Positions 40,996 through 50,423 of a stretch of DNA of 64,000 nucleotides are shown piece after piece. The number at the start of each line of letters is the position of its first letter. Within the stretch, counting starts at the first letter, position 1. The translations under genes and the position numbers were made by a program. Origin of the DNA: an uncultured Acidimicrobiales bacterium (GTDB taxonomy: Bacteria > Actinomycetota > Acidimicrobiia > Acidimicrobiales > SZUA-35). Below the pieces are notes generated by a model, which made no database searches, was not told where the DNA came from, and saw only the letters and a program-made list of their open reading frames with translations. The stretch is from positions 34,726-98,725 of the forward strand of contig CALIFY010000014.1 of NCBI GenBank assembly GCA_938021675.1, read 5' to 3'.

Positions 40996-42651
40996 ATGTC
41001 GAGCCCCAAAAGTCTTATAGCGCCGGACGTTGATACGGCTGACCAGATGCAAGCCGTACCTGCCCCATCGTCAACGGAAACCTCCACTGGTGATGATACG
41101 TCGGGCGACGAAGTGAACGGTGGTAGCGGTCTTCTGGCCCAGGCCTATTCGCGCCGGATACTTGGGCCCGTTGTGCTTTCAATGGCGGTACTGATGTATG
41201 TGATCTTCTTTTCGAGGAGGTCTATTGCCACCCACGACTCGCTGTCCGCCGGCGCCTATGATATGGGCATCTTTGACCAGGGAATCTGGCTGCTCTCTCG
41301 GTTTCAGTCTCCGTTTTCAACGATTATCGGCCGCCAACTCTTCGGCGATCACGCCTCGTTCAGTTTGGCTTTTCTAGCGCCGGGGTATTGGCTCTTCCCC
41401 GGGTCGGAGTTTTTGCTCGTCGCTCAGACCGTTGGATTGGCGTCAGCGGTGGTCCCGCTGTATCTCACCGCTCGTCGAGAATTGGGTGACTCTCTGGCAT
41501 CGGTGGCAATACCGATCGCCTACCTACTTCACCCTTCGGTCAACGGGGCCAATATGGAGAACTTCCACCCTGATTCTTTTCTCGCACCGATGATCGCAAT
41601 GGCTATCTACGCCGCGAAACAGGAACGGTGGCGGATTTTTGTCGTCTCGGTAGTGCTCGCCCTCTTGACCAAAGAAGATACTGCGTTCGTGATCGCCCCG
41701 CTCGGAGCCTGGGTGTTCGCCACCAAAGACCGCAGAATTGGTCTACTGACGGTCTTCGGATCGTTGGCCTACATGGCGATTGCTCTTCTTGTCTTTATGC
41801 CGGCGTTCGGTGTTCCCCCGGACCGCAACGCGTGGAGGCTGCCGTTCGGCGGCATCGGCGGAATAGTGCGGACCAGCTTCACTGAACCGACGGTCATGGT
41901 CCAGCACCTGTTGTCGGGGCAGCGGCCTAGCTATCTCCTGCAGATGTCGCTACCGTTCGGCTGGCTGTTCAAGTCGCCTCTGGCTTTGGCCAGCTCGATC
42001 GTCGTGTTGATCAACTTGGTGAGCGTCTTCAGGTTTCAACACGAGATTTCACGACACTACAGTATTGCTGCCATTCCCGCCCTCGCCTTCGCAGCCATCG
42101 AAACCATACGGCGTCTGGAGGGGCGCGTTAAGCGGCTTCTCGCCACGGGGTTTCTGCTCGCCCTTTCGATGTACAGCTCATATTTCTGGGCCCAGACGCC
42201 CTGGAACCCAGACTACTCCCACGACTGGGAAGAGTTGACCTCGGCCCCTCGGGTACTGGCGGCCCGCGACGTCGTGAATCGTGTGCCAGACGACGCTGCG
42301 ATCTCCGGGAACGCATCCATTGTCTCGTTCCTCGCTCACCGACCCGAGGTCTACGTCTTTCCGAACCCTTTCCTAGGTCAGGCGTACGGAGACGACGCCT
42401 TCATATCCGGACCGGGGGACCCTGACCGAGCGGACAGGATCGACTACATCCTGATCGAGCGAGACCAGGACTACCCTTACACCCATCCAGATGGCACGGT
42501 GATGTACGGCCGAGAGGAAATTCTGCCATCTTTCGAACTTATCTACGAAGACGAGTTCTGGGAGCTTTACCTCAGGAATCCATCGGTGCCCGTGCCCCAA
42601 CTAGATCGAATTCCCTTTGAACAACGCTACGTCGATGACTGGATCGGCTAA
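40996..42651 (+). CDS. DUF2079 family integral membrane protein (GT-C-like)
   Basis: Multi-TM protein with the characteristic AYDMGIFDQGIWLLSRF...GDHASFSLAFLAP region. Confidence 0.7.
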   Translation: MSSPKSLIAPDVDTADQMQAVPAPSSTETSTGDDTSGDEVNGGSGLLAQAYSRRILGPVVLSMAVLMYVIFFSRRSIATHDSLSAGAYDMGIFDQGIWLLSRFQSPFSTIIGRQLFGDHASFSLAFLAPGYWLFPGSEFLLVAQTVGLASAVVPLYLTARRELGDSLASVAIPIAYLLHPSVNGANMENFHPDSFLAPMIAMAIYAAKQERWRIFVVSVVLALLTKEDTAFVIAPLGAWVFATKDRRIGLLTVFGSLAYMAIALLVFMPAFGVPPDRNAWRLPFGGIGGIVRTSFTEPTVMVQHLLSGQRPSYLLQMSLPFGWLFKSPLALASSIVVLINLVSVFRFQHEISRHYSIAAIPALAFAAIETIRRLEGRVKRLLATGFLLALSMYSSYFWAQTPWNPDYSHDWEELTSAPRVLAARDVVNRVPDDAAISGNASIVSFLAHRPEVYVFPNPFLGQAYGDDAFISGPGDPDRADRIDYILIERDQDYPYTHPDGTVMYGREEILPSFELIYEDEFWELYLRNPSVPVPQLDRIPFEQRYVDDWIG

Positions 42652-42830
42652 CAAACACAAGTTCGATAGTTCGTCGGTCTCAACCGGTCCAGGTGAATCG
42701 TCGGTTGGTGGCGGCGAGATTGGTGGCGGCTACTATCTGCCCGACAAGCTCCAGCCGGTCCACCCTCTGACGAGGGAACGACCCGTCGTCGATCGGAGCA
42801 AGCAGCGCCGATTGCTGGCCGGCCTCTAGG

Positions 42831-43460
42831 TCAAGTCCGTTGCGGGCGGTCGAGGTCGTTTCGGAGACGGGCGCATGGTGTTCGTGCATCACAGCCGATG
42901 AGGTGGTCGTTGACTACCCCCATCGCTTGCATGGCCGCATAGGCCGTGGTCGGACCGACGAACCGGAAGCCCAGTCGTTTCAGTTCCTTGCTCAGAGCGG
43001 TCGATTCCGGAGTGGCGGCGGGCACCTCGGCCATCCGCTCGGGACCTGGCGGTTCCGGTGGCTCGAACGACCAGAGTATTCCGGCCAGCGTGTGCCCGTC
43101 GTCCCAAAGGGAACGAAGGCACCGGGCGTTTGAAATGGTCGCCTCGATCTTGCCTCGATGGCGGATGATGCGGGCGTCGTCGAGCAGCTGCTCGACGTTC
43201 GCTTCGTCGTATTCGGCCACCGTGGTGGCATCGAAGTCGGCGAACACCTCACGAAACGCCGGGCGTTTGCGGAGGATGGTCAACCACGACAAGCCCGACT
43301 GAAAACCCTCAAGGCACATTTTTTCGAACAGGGTCCGTTCATCGGTGGTCGGACGGCCCCACTCGTCGTCGTGATAACTCTGATAGTCAGGGGTCGACGC
43401 ACCCCAACGGCAACGGACGACGCCGTCGGTGCCCGTCTCCAGATCATCGTTCATAGCCAC
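42831..43460 (-). CDS. tag: DNA-3-methyladenine glycosylase I
   Basis: RCRWGASTPDYQSYHDDEWGRP...LFEKMCLEGFQSGLSWLTILRKR. Confidence 0.9.
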   Translation of the reverse strand: MAMNDDLETGTDGVVRCRWGASTPDYQSYHDDEWGRPTTDERTLFEKMCLEGFQSGLSWLTILRKRPAFREVFADFDATTVAEYDEANVEQLLDDARIIRHRGKIEATISNARCLRSLWDDGHTLAGILWSFEPPEPPGPERMAEVPAATPESTALSKELKRLGFRFVGPTTAYAAMQAMGVVNDHLIGCDARTPCARLRNDLDRPQRT

Positions 43461-43493
43461 GGTCGTTCGCCGTTCCTTAGATGTGCCGTCAAC

Positions 43494-43826
43494 TCAGATG
43501 GTCGGTAGCTGATCTGGCATGAGGGCGGTGCCGCTCTGCCGTTGATCGTCGATCAGGTCGCGATCACACGCCCAGCACAGAAACTCGGCCCGCGTGGACA
43601 TGATCGACAGCTGGGTGCCTCGAGATTTCTCGACTATGGCAACCGGCGCTTCATACAGGTCGCCGGCTCCGCATCGAGGGCAACGGCGTTCCGGGTCGCG
43701 CTGCCAGGAGGTTCCGCACGCCTGGCAATCGACGGTGATCAGATCGCCGTCTCGTCGGCCCCGAAGATCGTCGGATTCTCGGCAGCCAGGACAGGAGAGA
43801 TCGTCGCTGCTACTCACCCCACCCAT
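43494..43826 (-). CDS. Small double zinc-ribbon protein (4 x CxxC), unknown function
   Basis: CPGC...CQAC...CPRC...CWAC. Start set at ATG 43826. The ORF remains open upstream to ATG 43997, through the 15-bp tandem repeat (see findings). Confidence 0.55.
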   Translation of the reverse strand: MGGVSSSDDLSCPGCRESDDLRGRRDGDLITVDCQACGTSWQRDPERRCPRCGAGDLYEAPVAIVEKSRGTQLSIMSTRAEFLCWACDRDLIDDQRQSGTALMPDQLPTI

Positions 43827-43910
43827 CGTAGCGACGTCGCGCCACCTCGTCCCGTTGGATAGCACCACCCGTCGGCCGTGCGGTGCCAGCACCGTACCGA
43901 GTTGAATCAC

Positions 43911-43985
43911 ACAGCATTTAGTGACACAGCATTTAGTTACACCGCATTTAGTTGCACAGCATTTGGTGACACCGCATTTTGTTAG
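43911..43985. repeat. Tandem repeat, 5 x 15 bp (plus a degenerate sixth copy to ~44000)
   Basis: The copies are acagcatttagtgac / acagcatttagttac / accgcatttagttgc / acagcatttggtgac / accgcattttgttag. The array lies in the divergent region between the zinc-ribbon gene and the LCP gene. Confidence 0.95.
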
Positions 43986-44103
43986 ACCGCATCGCATCGT
44001 CTCCGGTCGTGGTTTCTGCTACTAACCTCGGTTCACCCGCCGCATCGTCTCTGCGAGAAGTACGTCTATCCGTGCGAGCCTCAAGAGACAGGAGACTGTT
44101 CTG

Positions 44104-45384
44104 ATGACCGCCGCAACACCTCATGGAGTCCCGATACCTGAACCGGCACCGAACGTTCCCCTCGGGCCCCGAGAGGAAGAGCCGAGACGGTCCGTCCGGT
44201 GGGTTCGGCGCCCGGCGGCGATCGCCTTTCTCGTGGCGATCGCCATCGTGGTGATCCTGCTGTCTCTTGTGGCGTGGGGCCTCAAACGCTTCGGCGATAT
44301 TCCAACCGTCGGTGTCGCCGGGTTAGATCCGGTGCCATCGGAGGGAGCGTCGAACTGGCTGTTGGTCGGTACCGACGATCGCACCGGGATCGATCCGTCA
44401 GAACCAGACGCCGGGTACTTCCTCGGTGAGCCGTTGGAGGGGCGACGAACCGACACCATCGTGCTGGCCCGGATCGATCCCGAAGCCGGAACGATCGATC
44501 TGTTGTCAATTCCCCGGGATCTATGGGTACCGATCGCCGGTAGCGGGCAATCGGGCCGAATCAACGGGGCATTCAACGTCGCTTCGCCCGGCGGCGACGG
44601 CGGGTTGTCGGCCAGTAACGGCGGATCGCGGCTGGTGGCCACCATCGAATCGGCCCTCGACGTACCGATCCATCACTACGTCGAGGTGAACTTCGTTGGG
44701 TTTCGCCAGCTTGTCGACACCCTCGGCGGCGTTCCGATGGAGTTCGAGTATCCGGCCCGCGATGCCGGTTCGGGACTGGACGTCGGGACGTCGGGATGCA
44801 AGATACTCGACGGGAATACCGCGCTGGCTTTGGCGCGGAGTCGGAATTTCGAATGGTTCGACGGGGCCGGGTGGCAATCCGACCCGACCGGTGACGTTGG
44901 TCGGACCGCTCGGCAACGGGAGCTGTTGGCCAAGTTGGCCGGTGAAACCGGTCGACGGATTGGTCTGAGCAACCCACTCCTCGCTGACAACATGGCGGTG
45001 GCGGCGTCGAACGCCATCACGCTTGACGAACGAACAAGTGTCTTCCAGCTGTTCGACGCGGCCCGAACAGCCCGGTCGGGGATCGACCAGATCGAGGGGT
45101 ACGCCCTTCCGGTCGTCGATCATCAGACCGAAAGTGGGGCGCAGGTTCTCCTGTTGAGCGAGACGGCGGCCATCCCGGTGCTCGGTGCCTTCCGGAGCCA
45201 GGACCGAGAGCCCATTCCCTTTGACGCCCCGCCGACCTTGCCCGAACGAGAGGCAGGCGATGCCGCACCGCCCGGCCCGGAACCGGCTGGACCGAAAGCT
45301 GAAAACGACGAGGCCGACGATAGGGAAGAACGGGCAGCATCGGGCGAGGGGAACGACCGCTCCAACGAGCTTGAGTCGTGCTAG
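44104..45384 (+). CDS. LCP (LytR-CpsA-Psr) family cell-wall glycopolymer ligase
   Basis: N-terminal TM helix, then NWLLVGTDDRTG...RTDTIVLARIDPEAGTIDLLSIPRDLWVPI...INGAF. Confidence 0.85.
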   Translation: MTAATPHGVPIPEPAPNVPLGPREEEPRRSVRWVRRPAAIAFLVAIAIVVILLSLVAWGLKRFGDIPTVGVAGLDPVPSEGASNWLLVGTDDRTGIDPSEPDAGYFLGEPLEGRRTDTIVLARIDPEAGTIDLLSIPRDLWVPIAGSGQSGRINGAFNVASPGGDGGLSASNGGSRLVATIESALDVPIHHYVEVNFVGFRQLVDTLGGVPMEFEYPARDAGSGLDVGTSGCKILDGNTALALARSRNFEWFDGAGWQSDPTGDVGRTARQRELLAKLAGETGRRIGLSNPLLADNMAVAASNAITLDERTSVFQLFDAARTARSGIDQIEGYALPVVDHQTESGAQVLLLSETAAIPVLGAFRSQDREPIPFDAPPTLPEREAGDAAPPGPEPAGPKAENDEADDREERAASGEGNDRSNELESC

Positions 45385-45387
45385 CCG

Positions 45388-45984
45388 CTACCGGTCGAAG
45401 AGCGAAGCGAGAAGATCTTCAGCGACCTCGGCCGCTGTGCCATCATCAGGCGTATACCGGCGTTCCGGTTCCATCGGTGGCTCATAGGGGTCGTCGATCC
45501 CCGTCATTCCGGTAATCTCGCCGGCTCGAGCCCGCCTATAGAGGTCTTTGGGATCGCGTCGCTCGCATTCGGCAAGTGGCGTATCGACAAAGACCTCTAT
45601 GAACGGCAATCCGGCCTCGGCGTGGAGCGACCGGGCGAACTGTCGAGCTGACACATACGGACTGATCAACGGCACGATCGACAGGTGACCGGCATCGGTG
45701 AACAACCGAGCGACATGGGCCACCCGACGAATGTTCTCGAAGCGGTCGTCTTCGGAGAACCCGAGGTCTCCGTTCAACCCTTGACGTAGATTGTCGCCGT
45801 CGAGCAAATAGGCCGGCCAATCGGCGGTGATGGCCTGTTTTTCCAGCTCGACCGCGATCGACGACTTTCCAGATCCGGACAGACCGGTCAACCACACCGT
45901 GACGCCGCCTCGTCCCCCCGTCGTCTCCCATCGAAGCTGGCGGTCGACGGAACTGGGATGCCAGGTGGTGTTGGCCGTACGCAT
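45388..45984 (-). CDS. cysC: Adenylyl-sulfate (APS) kinase
   Basis: P-loop VWLTGLSGSGKSSIA and DGDNLR. Confidence 0.9.
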   Translation of the reverse strand: MRTANTTWHPSSVDRQLRWETTGGRGGVTVWLTGLSGSGKSSIAVELEKQAITADWPAYLLDGDNLRQGLNGDLGFSEDDRFENIRRVAHVARLFTDAGHLSIVPLISPYVSARQFARSLHAEAGLPFIEVFVDTPLAECERRDPKDLYRRARAGEITGMTGIDDPYEPPMEPERRYTPDDGTAAEVAEDLLASLFDR

Positions 45985-45996
45985 CGCCCGGCCGGC

Positions 45997-47253
45997 CTAC
46001 GACGTCTCTCGGATCATCCCGGCACCGACGGTGACGTTTGTCGTCTCGTCGACCAAGATGAAGCTACCGGTGGTGCGGTTCCGCCGGTAGGTATCGGCGA
46101 AGAGCGGTTTCGTGGTGCGAAGCCGTACCCGACCGATCTCGTTTAGCCCAAGAGCTGTCGCATCCGAATCTCGGTTCGAGGTGTTGATATCGAGTCGATA
46201 ACGGAAGTCCTTCACGAGCGCCCGGGCCCAATTGGTGGTGTGTTTGATGGCCAGCTTCGTCCCGGGAGTCAGGGGAGTAGTATCTGCCATCCAGCAGACC
46301 ATGGCCTCAAGGTCTTGGGTAATCGCCGGCTGGTTATTGATCCGGCAGATCATGTCGCCCCGGCTCACGTCGAGCTCGTCTTCGAGTAGCACGGTGACCG
46401 CCATCGGAGAGTATGCCTCGTCGAGCTCAGAGCCGTCTGGGCCGAGCACGGATCGGATCCTCGTGGTGAACCCCGATGGGAGCACGGCGACTTCGTCGCC
46501 TGGTTTGAGTACTCCACCGGCCACCGAGCCGCCGTAGCCACGGAAGTCTGGATGTTCCGAACTCTTGGGGCGAACCACATATTGGACCGGGAACCGGACA
46601 TCGACCATGTTGCGGTCCGACGCGATGTGTACCTCTTCGAGGTGATGGAGCAGAGTGGCACCCCGGTACCAGTCCATATTGGCTGACCGTTCGACCACGT
46701 TGTCGCCGTGGAGGGCCGACATCGGAATGAACGTGAGGTCGGGCACGTCGAGCCGGGCCGCGAACGAGGAGTACTCCGCTCGAATGTTTTCGAACACTTC
46801 CTGGTCGTAGTCGACAAGGTCCATTTTGTTGATGGCCAGGACCAGGTGAGGAATCCGCAGAAGGGTTGCGATGAATGAGTGGCGTCGCGACTGCTCGACG
46901 ATTCCCTTCCTGGCATCGATGAGGATGATGGCCAGGTCGGCGGTCGAGGCGCCGGTCACCATGTTCCGGGTGTATTGGATGTGGCCCGGCGTGTCGGCGA
47001 TGATGAACTTACGACGGGGTGTGGTGAAGTATCGGTGGGCGACGTCGATGGTGATGCCCTGCTCCCGTTCGGCCCGGAGACCGTCGGTCAGCAGCGCCAA
47101 ATCGGTGTATTCGTCGCCGCGGCTGGCGCTCGTTTTCTCGATCGATTCGAGCTGATCCTCGAAAATCGACTTGGAGTCATACAGCAGACGGCCGATCAGC
47201 GTGCTCTTGCCGTCGTCGACCGAGCCAGCGGTGGCCAGGCGTAGTAGGTCCAT
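45997..47253 (-). CDS. cysN: Sulfate adenylyltransferase subunit 1 (GTPase)
   Basis: ATAGSVDDGKSTLIGRLL, DTPGH and NKMD. The start was moved to ATG 47253 (SD gaggtg upstream) because the longer ORF overlaps cysD. Confidence 0.9.
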   Translation of the reverse strand: MDLLRLATAGSVDDGKSTLIGRLLYDSKSIFEDQLESIEKTSASRGDEYTDLALLTDGLRAEREQGITIDVAHRYFTTPRRKFIIADTPGHIQYTRNMVTGASTADLAIILIDARKGIVEQSRRHSFIATLLRIPHLVLAINKMDLVDYDQEVFENIRAEYSSFAARLDVPDLTFIPMSALHGDNVVERSANMDWYRGATLLHHLEEVHIASDRNMVDVRFPVQYVVRPKSSEHPDFRGYGGSVAGGVLKPGDEVAVLPSGFTTRIRSVLGPDGSELDEAYSPMAVTVLLEDELDVSRGDMICRINNQPAITQDLEAMVCWMADTTPLTPGTKLAIKHTTNWARALVKDFRYRLDINTSNRDSDATALGLNEIGRVRLRTTKPLFADTYRRNRTTGSFILVDETTNVTVGAGMIRETS

Positions 47254-47305
47254 CAGCTCATCACCTCGCGCTCGTAGGAGTTTGCAACCACATGTGGGCG
47301 TCTCA

Positions 47306-48211
47306 TTAGAAGTAGCCCTCCTTCTTCCGGTCCTCCATAGCGGCTTCGGCTGTGCGGTCGTCGGCCCGGGTGGCACCACGTTCGGTGATTCGGGTGACCG
47401 CGACCTCGTCGATGACCTGTTCGAAGTTGGTGGCCGGAGATTCGACGGCACCGGTACACGTGGCATCACCGATAGTACGGAAGCGGACGAGGCGGTTTTC
47501 GATCGTCTCGTTTTCCATCGGTTGCAGGAACTCGGTCACGCCGAGCCACATCCCGTCGCGCTCGAATACCTCACGGTTGTGAGCGAAGTAGACGTCTGGA
47601 ACTTCGATCTCTTCGTCGCGGAGGTAATGCCACACGTCGAGCTCGGTCCAGTTTGAAATGGGGAACACTCGCATGTGTTCGCCCGGCTTGTATCGGCCGT
47701 TGTACAGGTTCCACAGTTCGGGCCGCTGGCCCTTTGGATCCCACTGGCCGAACTCGTCGCGGAAGCTGTACACCCGCTCTTTCGCCCTGGCCTTCTCTTC
47801 GTCGCGGCGGGCGCCACCGAACAGCGCGTCGAAGCGGTGTTCGGCGATGGCGTCGAGTAGTACGCCGGTCTGAAGCCGGTTCCGGGAGGCGCGGGGCCCG
47901 GTCTCTTCGACCGCCTTGCCGGCGTCGATGGCCTCTTGGACCGAGGCGACGACCAGGCGGAGCCCGTATTGGGCGACGACCTTGTCTCGGAATGCGATGA
48001 CCTCGGGGAAGTTATGGCCGGTATCGACGTGCATCACCGGGAAGGGCAGAGGCGCCGGAGCGAACGCTTTGAGCGCCAACTGGAGCACGACGATCGAGTC
48101 TTTGCCGCCCGAAAACAGCAGTGCCGGTCGTTCAAATTCGGCCGCCACTTCGCGGATGATGTGTACGGCCTCCGATTCAAGGTAGGCCAGATGAGAGAGC
48201 TTAGTTTTCAT
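47306..48211 (-). CDS. cysD: Sulfate adenylyltransferase subunit 2
   Basis: LESEAVHIIREVAAEFERPALLFSGGKDSIVVL (PAPS-reductase-like PP-loop). Confidence 0.9.
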   Translation of the reverse strand: MKTKLSHLAYLESEAVHIIREVAAEFERPALLFSGGKDSIVVLQLALKAFAPAPLPFPVMHVDTGHNFPEVIAFRDKVVAQYGLRLVVASVQEAIDAGKAVEETGPRASRNRLQTGVLLDAIAEHRFDALFGGARRDEEKARAKERVYSFRDEFGQWDPKGQRPELWNLYNGRYKPGEHMRVFPISNWTELDVWHYLRDEEIEVPDVYFAHNREVFERDGMWLGVTEFLQPMENETIENRLVRFRTIGDATCTGAVESPATNFEQVIDEVAVTRITERGATRADDRTAEAAMEDRKKEGYF

Positions 48212-48351
48212 GAGTGATGATTCACCGTGGAGAGGCGGCGGGTGGACCGATCCAGGATACCGAGGTCTGGCCGGCTTGTCGGCAATGAGCCTTACCCAGG
48301 CTTAGGGGCGGTTTGACTGCTCAAGGGCGGTTTGGTCGCTTCCGATACCTC

Positions 48352-48807
48352 ATGTGTATGCATGTGTTGTTTGTTTGCTCATCTGGTGGGCATCTTGCCC
48401 AGCTCTTACGGCTGAAGCCGTGGTGGGAGGACCGCGAACGGGCGTGGGTGACGTTTGACCTACCGGACGCCCGCTCCAAGTTGGCCGGTGAACACCTCAT
48501 CCCTGCTCACTTCCCGACGACCCGTCATATCGGAAACCTGATCCGAAACACGTTTCTGGCAGCCAGGGTGCTCTGGTCCCACCGGCCCGACGTTGTGGTG
48601 TCCAACGGCGCAGGCGTGGCCATTCCGTTCTTCGTCTTTGCCCGGCTTCTCAGAATTCCGACCGTATACCTTGAGGTCTACGACCGTGTCGACTCGACGA
48701 CCATGACCGGTCGGGTGTGCCGGCCGCTGTCGTCGTTGTTTCTCGTCCAATGGCCAGAACAACAAGCGTTGTACTCCGGCAGTGACCTGGTCGGACCAAT
48801 CTACTGA
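48352..48807 (+). CDS. Alg14-like glycosyltransferase membrane-anchor subunit (PssD-like)
   Basis: VLFVCSSGGHLAQLLRL...VVSNGAGVAIPFFVFARLLRIPTVYLE. The start is either ATG 48352 or 48358. Confidence 0.65.
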   Translation: MCMHVLFVCSSGGHLAQLLRLKPWWEDRERAWVTFDLPDARSKLAGEHLIPAHFPTTRHIGNLIRNTFLAARVLWSHRPDVVVSNGAGVAIPFFVFARLLRIPTVYLEVYDRVDSTTMTGRVCRPLSSLFLVQWPEQQALYSGSDLVGPIY

Positions 48808-49349
48808 TGAGGCGAAACCAACGAGACGACTGGTCACCTGAGGTACCGCAAGTAGTTGTATCGGTCGGGACCGACATCCACCGATTCGATCGTCTGATGA
48901 CTTGGGTGGATCGTTGGGCCGCGGACCGATCGGAGACCTCGATACAAGTCCAGCGGGGTACGTCGTACGCCCCTCGTCGCCTGGAATCGGTCGAACTATT
49001 GCCCCACGCGGACCTGTTGCGATTGTTCACCTCGGCCGCTGCGGTGGTTTGCCACGGAGGGCCGTCGACGGTGATGGACGCCAGACAGTCTGGCCGTCTC
49101 CCCATCGTCGTGGCCAGGGATCCAGCGTTTGGTGAGCACGTCGACGATCATCAGCTTCGCTTTGCCAACCATTTAGACCGCCACGGACTGGCCAGAGTGG
49201 TCGACTCCGAGGAAGAGCTCTGTCGGTCCATCGACGAGGCGCTGGCCGATCCGGTGGCCTTCGCTGTTTCGGTCGGAGCCGATACCGCGGTCGGGGTGGT
49301 CGAATTCGCCAAGGCCGTCGATGACCTCCTCGGCAACTCGGAGGTTTGA
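48807..49349 (+). CDS. Alg13-like glycosyltransferase catalytic subunit (GT28 C-terminal domain, PssE-like)
   Basis: VVVSVGTDIHRFDRL...VVCHGGPSTVMDA...LPIVVAR. The ATG shares one nt with the upstream stop (TGATG). Confidence 0.65.
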   Translation: MRRNQRDDWSPEVPQVVVSVGTDIHRFDRLMTWVDRWAADRSETSIQVQRGTSYAPRRLESVELLPHADLLRLFTSAAAVVCHGGPSTVMDARQSGRLPIVVARDPAFGEHVDDHQLRFANHLDRHGLARVVDSEEELCRSIDEALADPVAFAVSVGADTAVGVVEFAKAVDDLLGNSEV

Positions 49350-49350
49350 T

Positions 49351-50271
49351 ATGACCGAACATCTCGACGATCGCTCGGTGACCGTGATCATCGCCACCCG
49401 AGACCGACCTGAACTCCTCGTTCGAGCCATCGATGCCGTCGCCGCGCAACGGCACGATGATCGGGTCGAGGTGGTCGTCGTGTTTGACCAGACCGAAGCC
49501 GACGAGAGTTTGGAGCGGGTGGCCGGCCCATCTGTCGTGGTTACCAGCAACGTTCGCAGCCCTGGCCTGGCCGGGGCGCGCAACAGTGGTATCGATTTGG
49601 CCCGTCACCGGTGGATCGCCTTCTGCGACGATGACGACGAGTGGTTGCCAGGAAAGCTCCAAGCCCAGTTTGACGCGCTGGCTGAGATGCCAACAGCTCG
49701 GGCCGCCTGCACCGGCATTCTCGTTCGATACGACGGGACCGACACAGCCCGGATCCCCGATCGTGAATTGCTGACCTTCGAAGGGTTCCTCCGCGACCGG
49801 ATGACCGAAGTTCATCCGTCGAGTTGGTTGGTCGACTCCGACACGCTGAGGGACGGGATCGGCCTTGTCGACGAGGAGTTGCCGGGCGGGTACGCCGAGG
49901 ACTACGACCTCTTTCTACGAACCGCCCGGGTCACACCGATAGCGGTTGCCCCGCAACCTTTGGTTCGGGTCTGGTGGCACGGAGGGTCGTACTTCTTTGA
50001 ACGTTGGCAACTGATCGATGAAGCCCTTGAGTACCTCGTCGACAAGTACCCCGAGTTTCGGGATGAGCCGGCGGGGTTTGCCCGGATCCGAGGTCAGCAG
50101 GCAGTGGCTCGAGCGGCCGTCGGAAATCGGCGCCATGCCATGCGGGCCGTTCTTGCTGCCGCCCGTCGAAACCCGGTCGAAAAACGCCTCCCGCTGGCGT
50201 TGGCCGTCGCCGCGGGATTCGACGCGGAGTCGGCCTTACGAGGCGCTCACCGCTTCGGCCGAGGAATCTAA
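49351..50271 (+). CDS. Family 2 glycosyltransferase
   Basis: VTVIIATRDRPELLVRAIDAVAAQ...FCDDDDEW (DxD). The start ATG 49351 is preceded by GGAGG. Confidence 0.8.
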   Translation: MTEHLDDRSVTVIIATRDRPELLVRAIDAVAAQRHDDRVEVVVVFDQTEADESLERVAGPSVVVTSNVRSPGLAGARNSGIDLARHRWIAFCDDDDEWLPGKLQAQFDALAEMPTARAACTGILVRYDGTDTARIPDRELLTFEGFLRDRMTEVHPSSWLVDSDTLRDGIGLVDEELPGGYAEDYDLFLRTARVTPIAVAPQPLVRVWWHGGSYFFERWQLIDEALEYLVDKYPEFRDEPAGFARIRGQQAVARAAVGNRRHAMRAVLAAARRNPVEKRLPLALAVAAGFDAESALRGAHRFGRGI

Positions 50272-50423
50272 TTCGGCCGGAGTCAGTCCGCACGGGAACC
50301 CCACCCGCCATGACGTAGACGGTGATGTTCGAACGGCCACGGTGGGCTGCTGGCCATGCCGCCGCAGACGACGACCAGTCCAGCAACCTCACCCGCCCTT
50401 CGACCATTCTTGGAGTTGAACGT

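Noticed and set aside
42652-42892. Small ORFs in the DUF2079/tag convergent gap (42617..42829 +, 42680..42892 -)
   Set aside because: No motifs. The minus-strand ORF overlaps the tag 3' end in another frame, and the composition is not protein-like.
47254-47469. N-terminal extension of cysN (ORF listed as 45997..47469)
   Set aside because: It overlaps the 3' end of cysD. The G-domain begins right after ATG 47253, which has a GAGG Shine-Dalgarno sequence.
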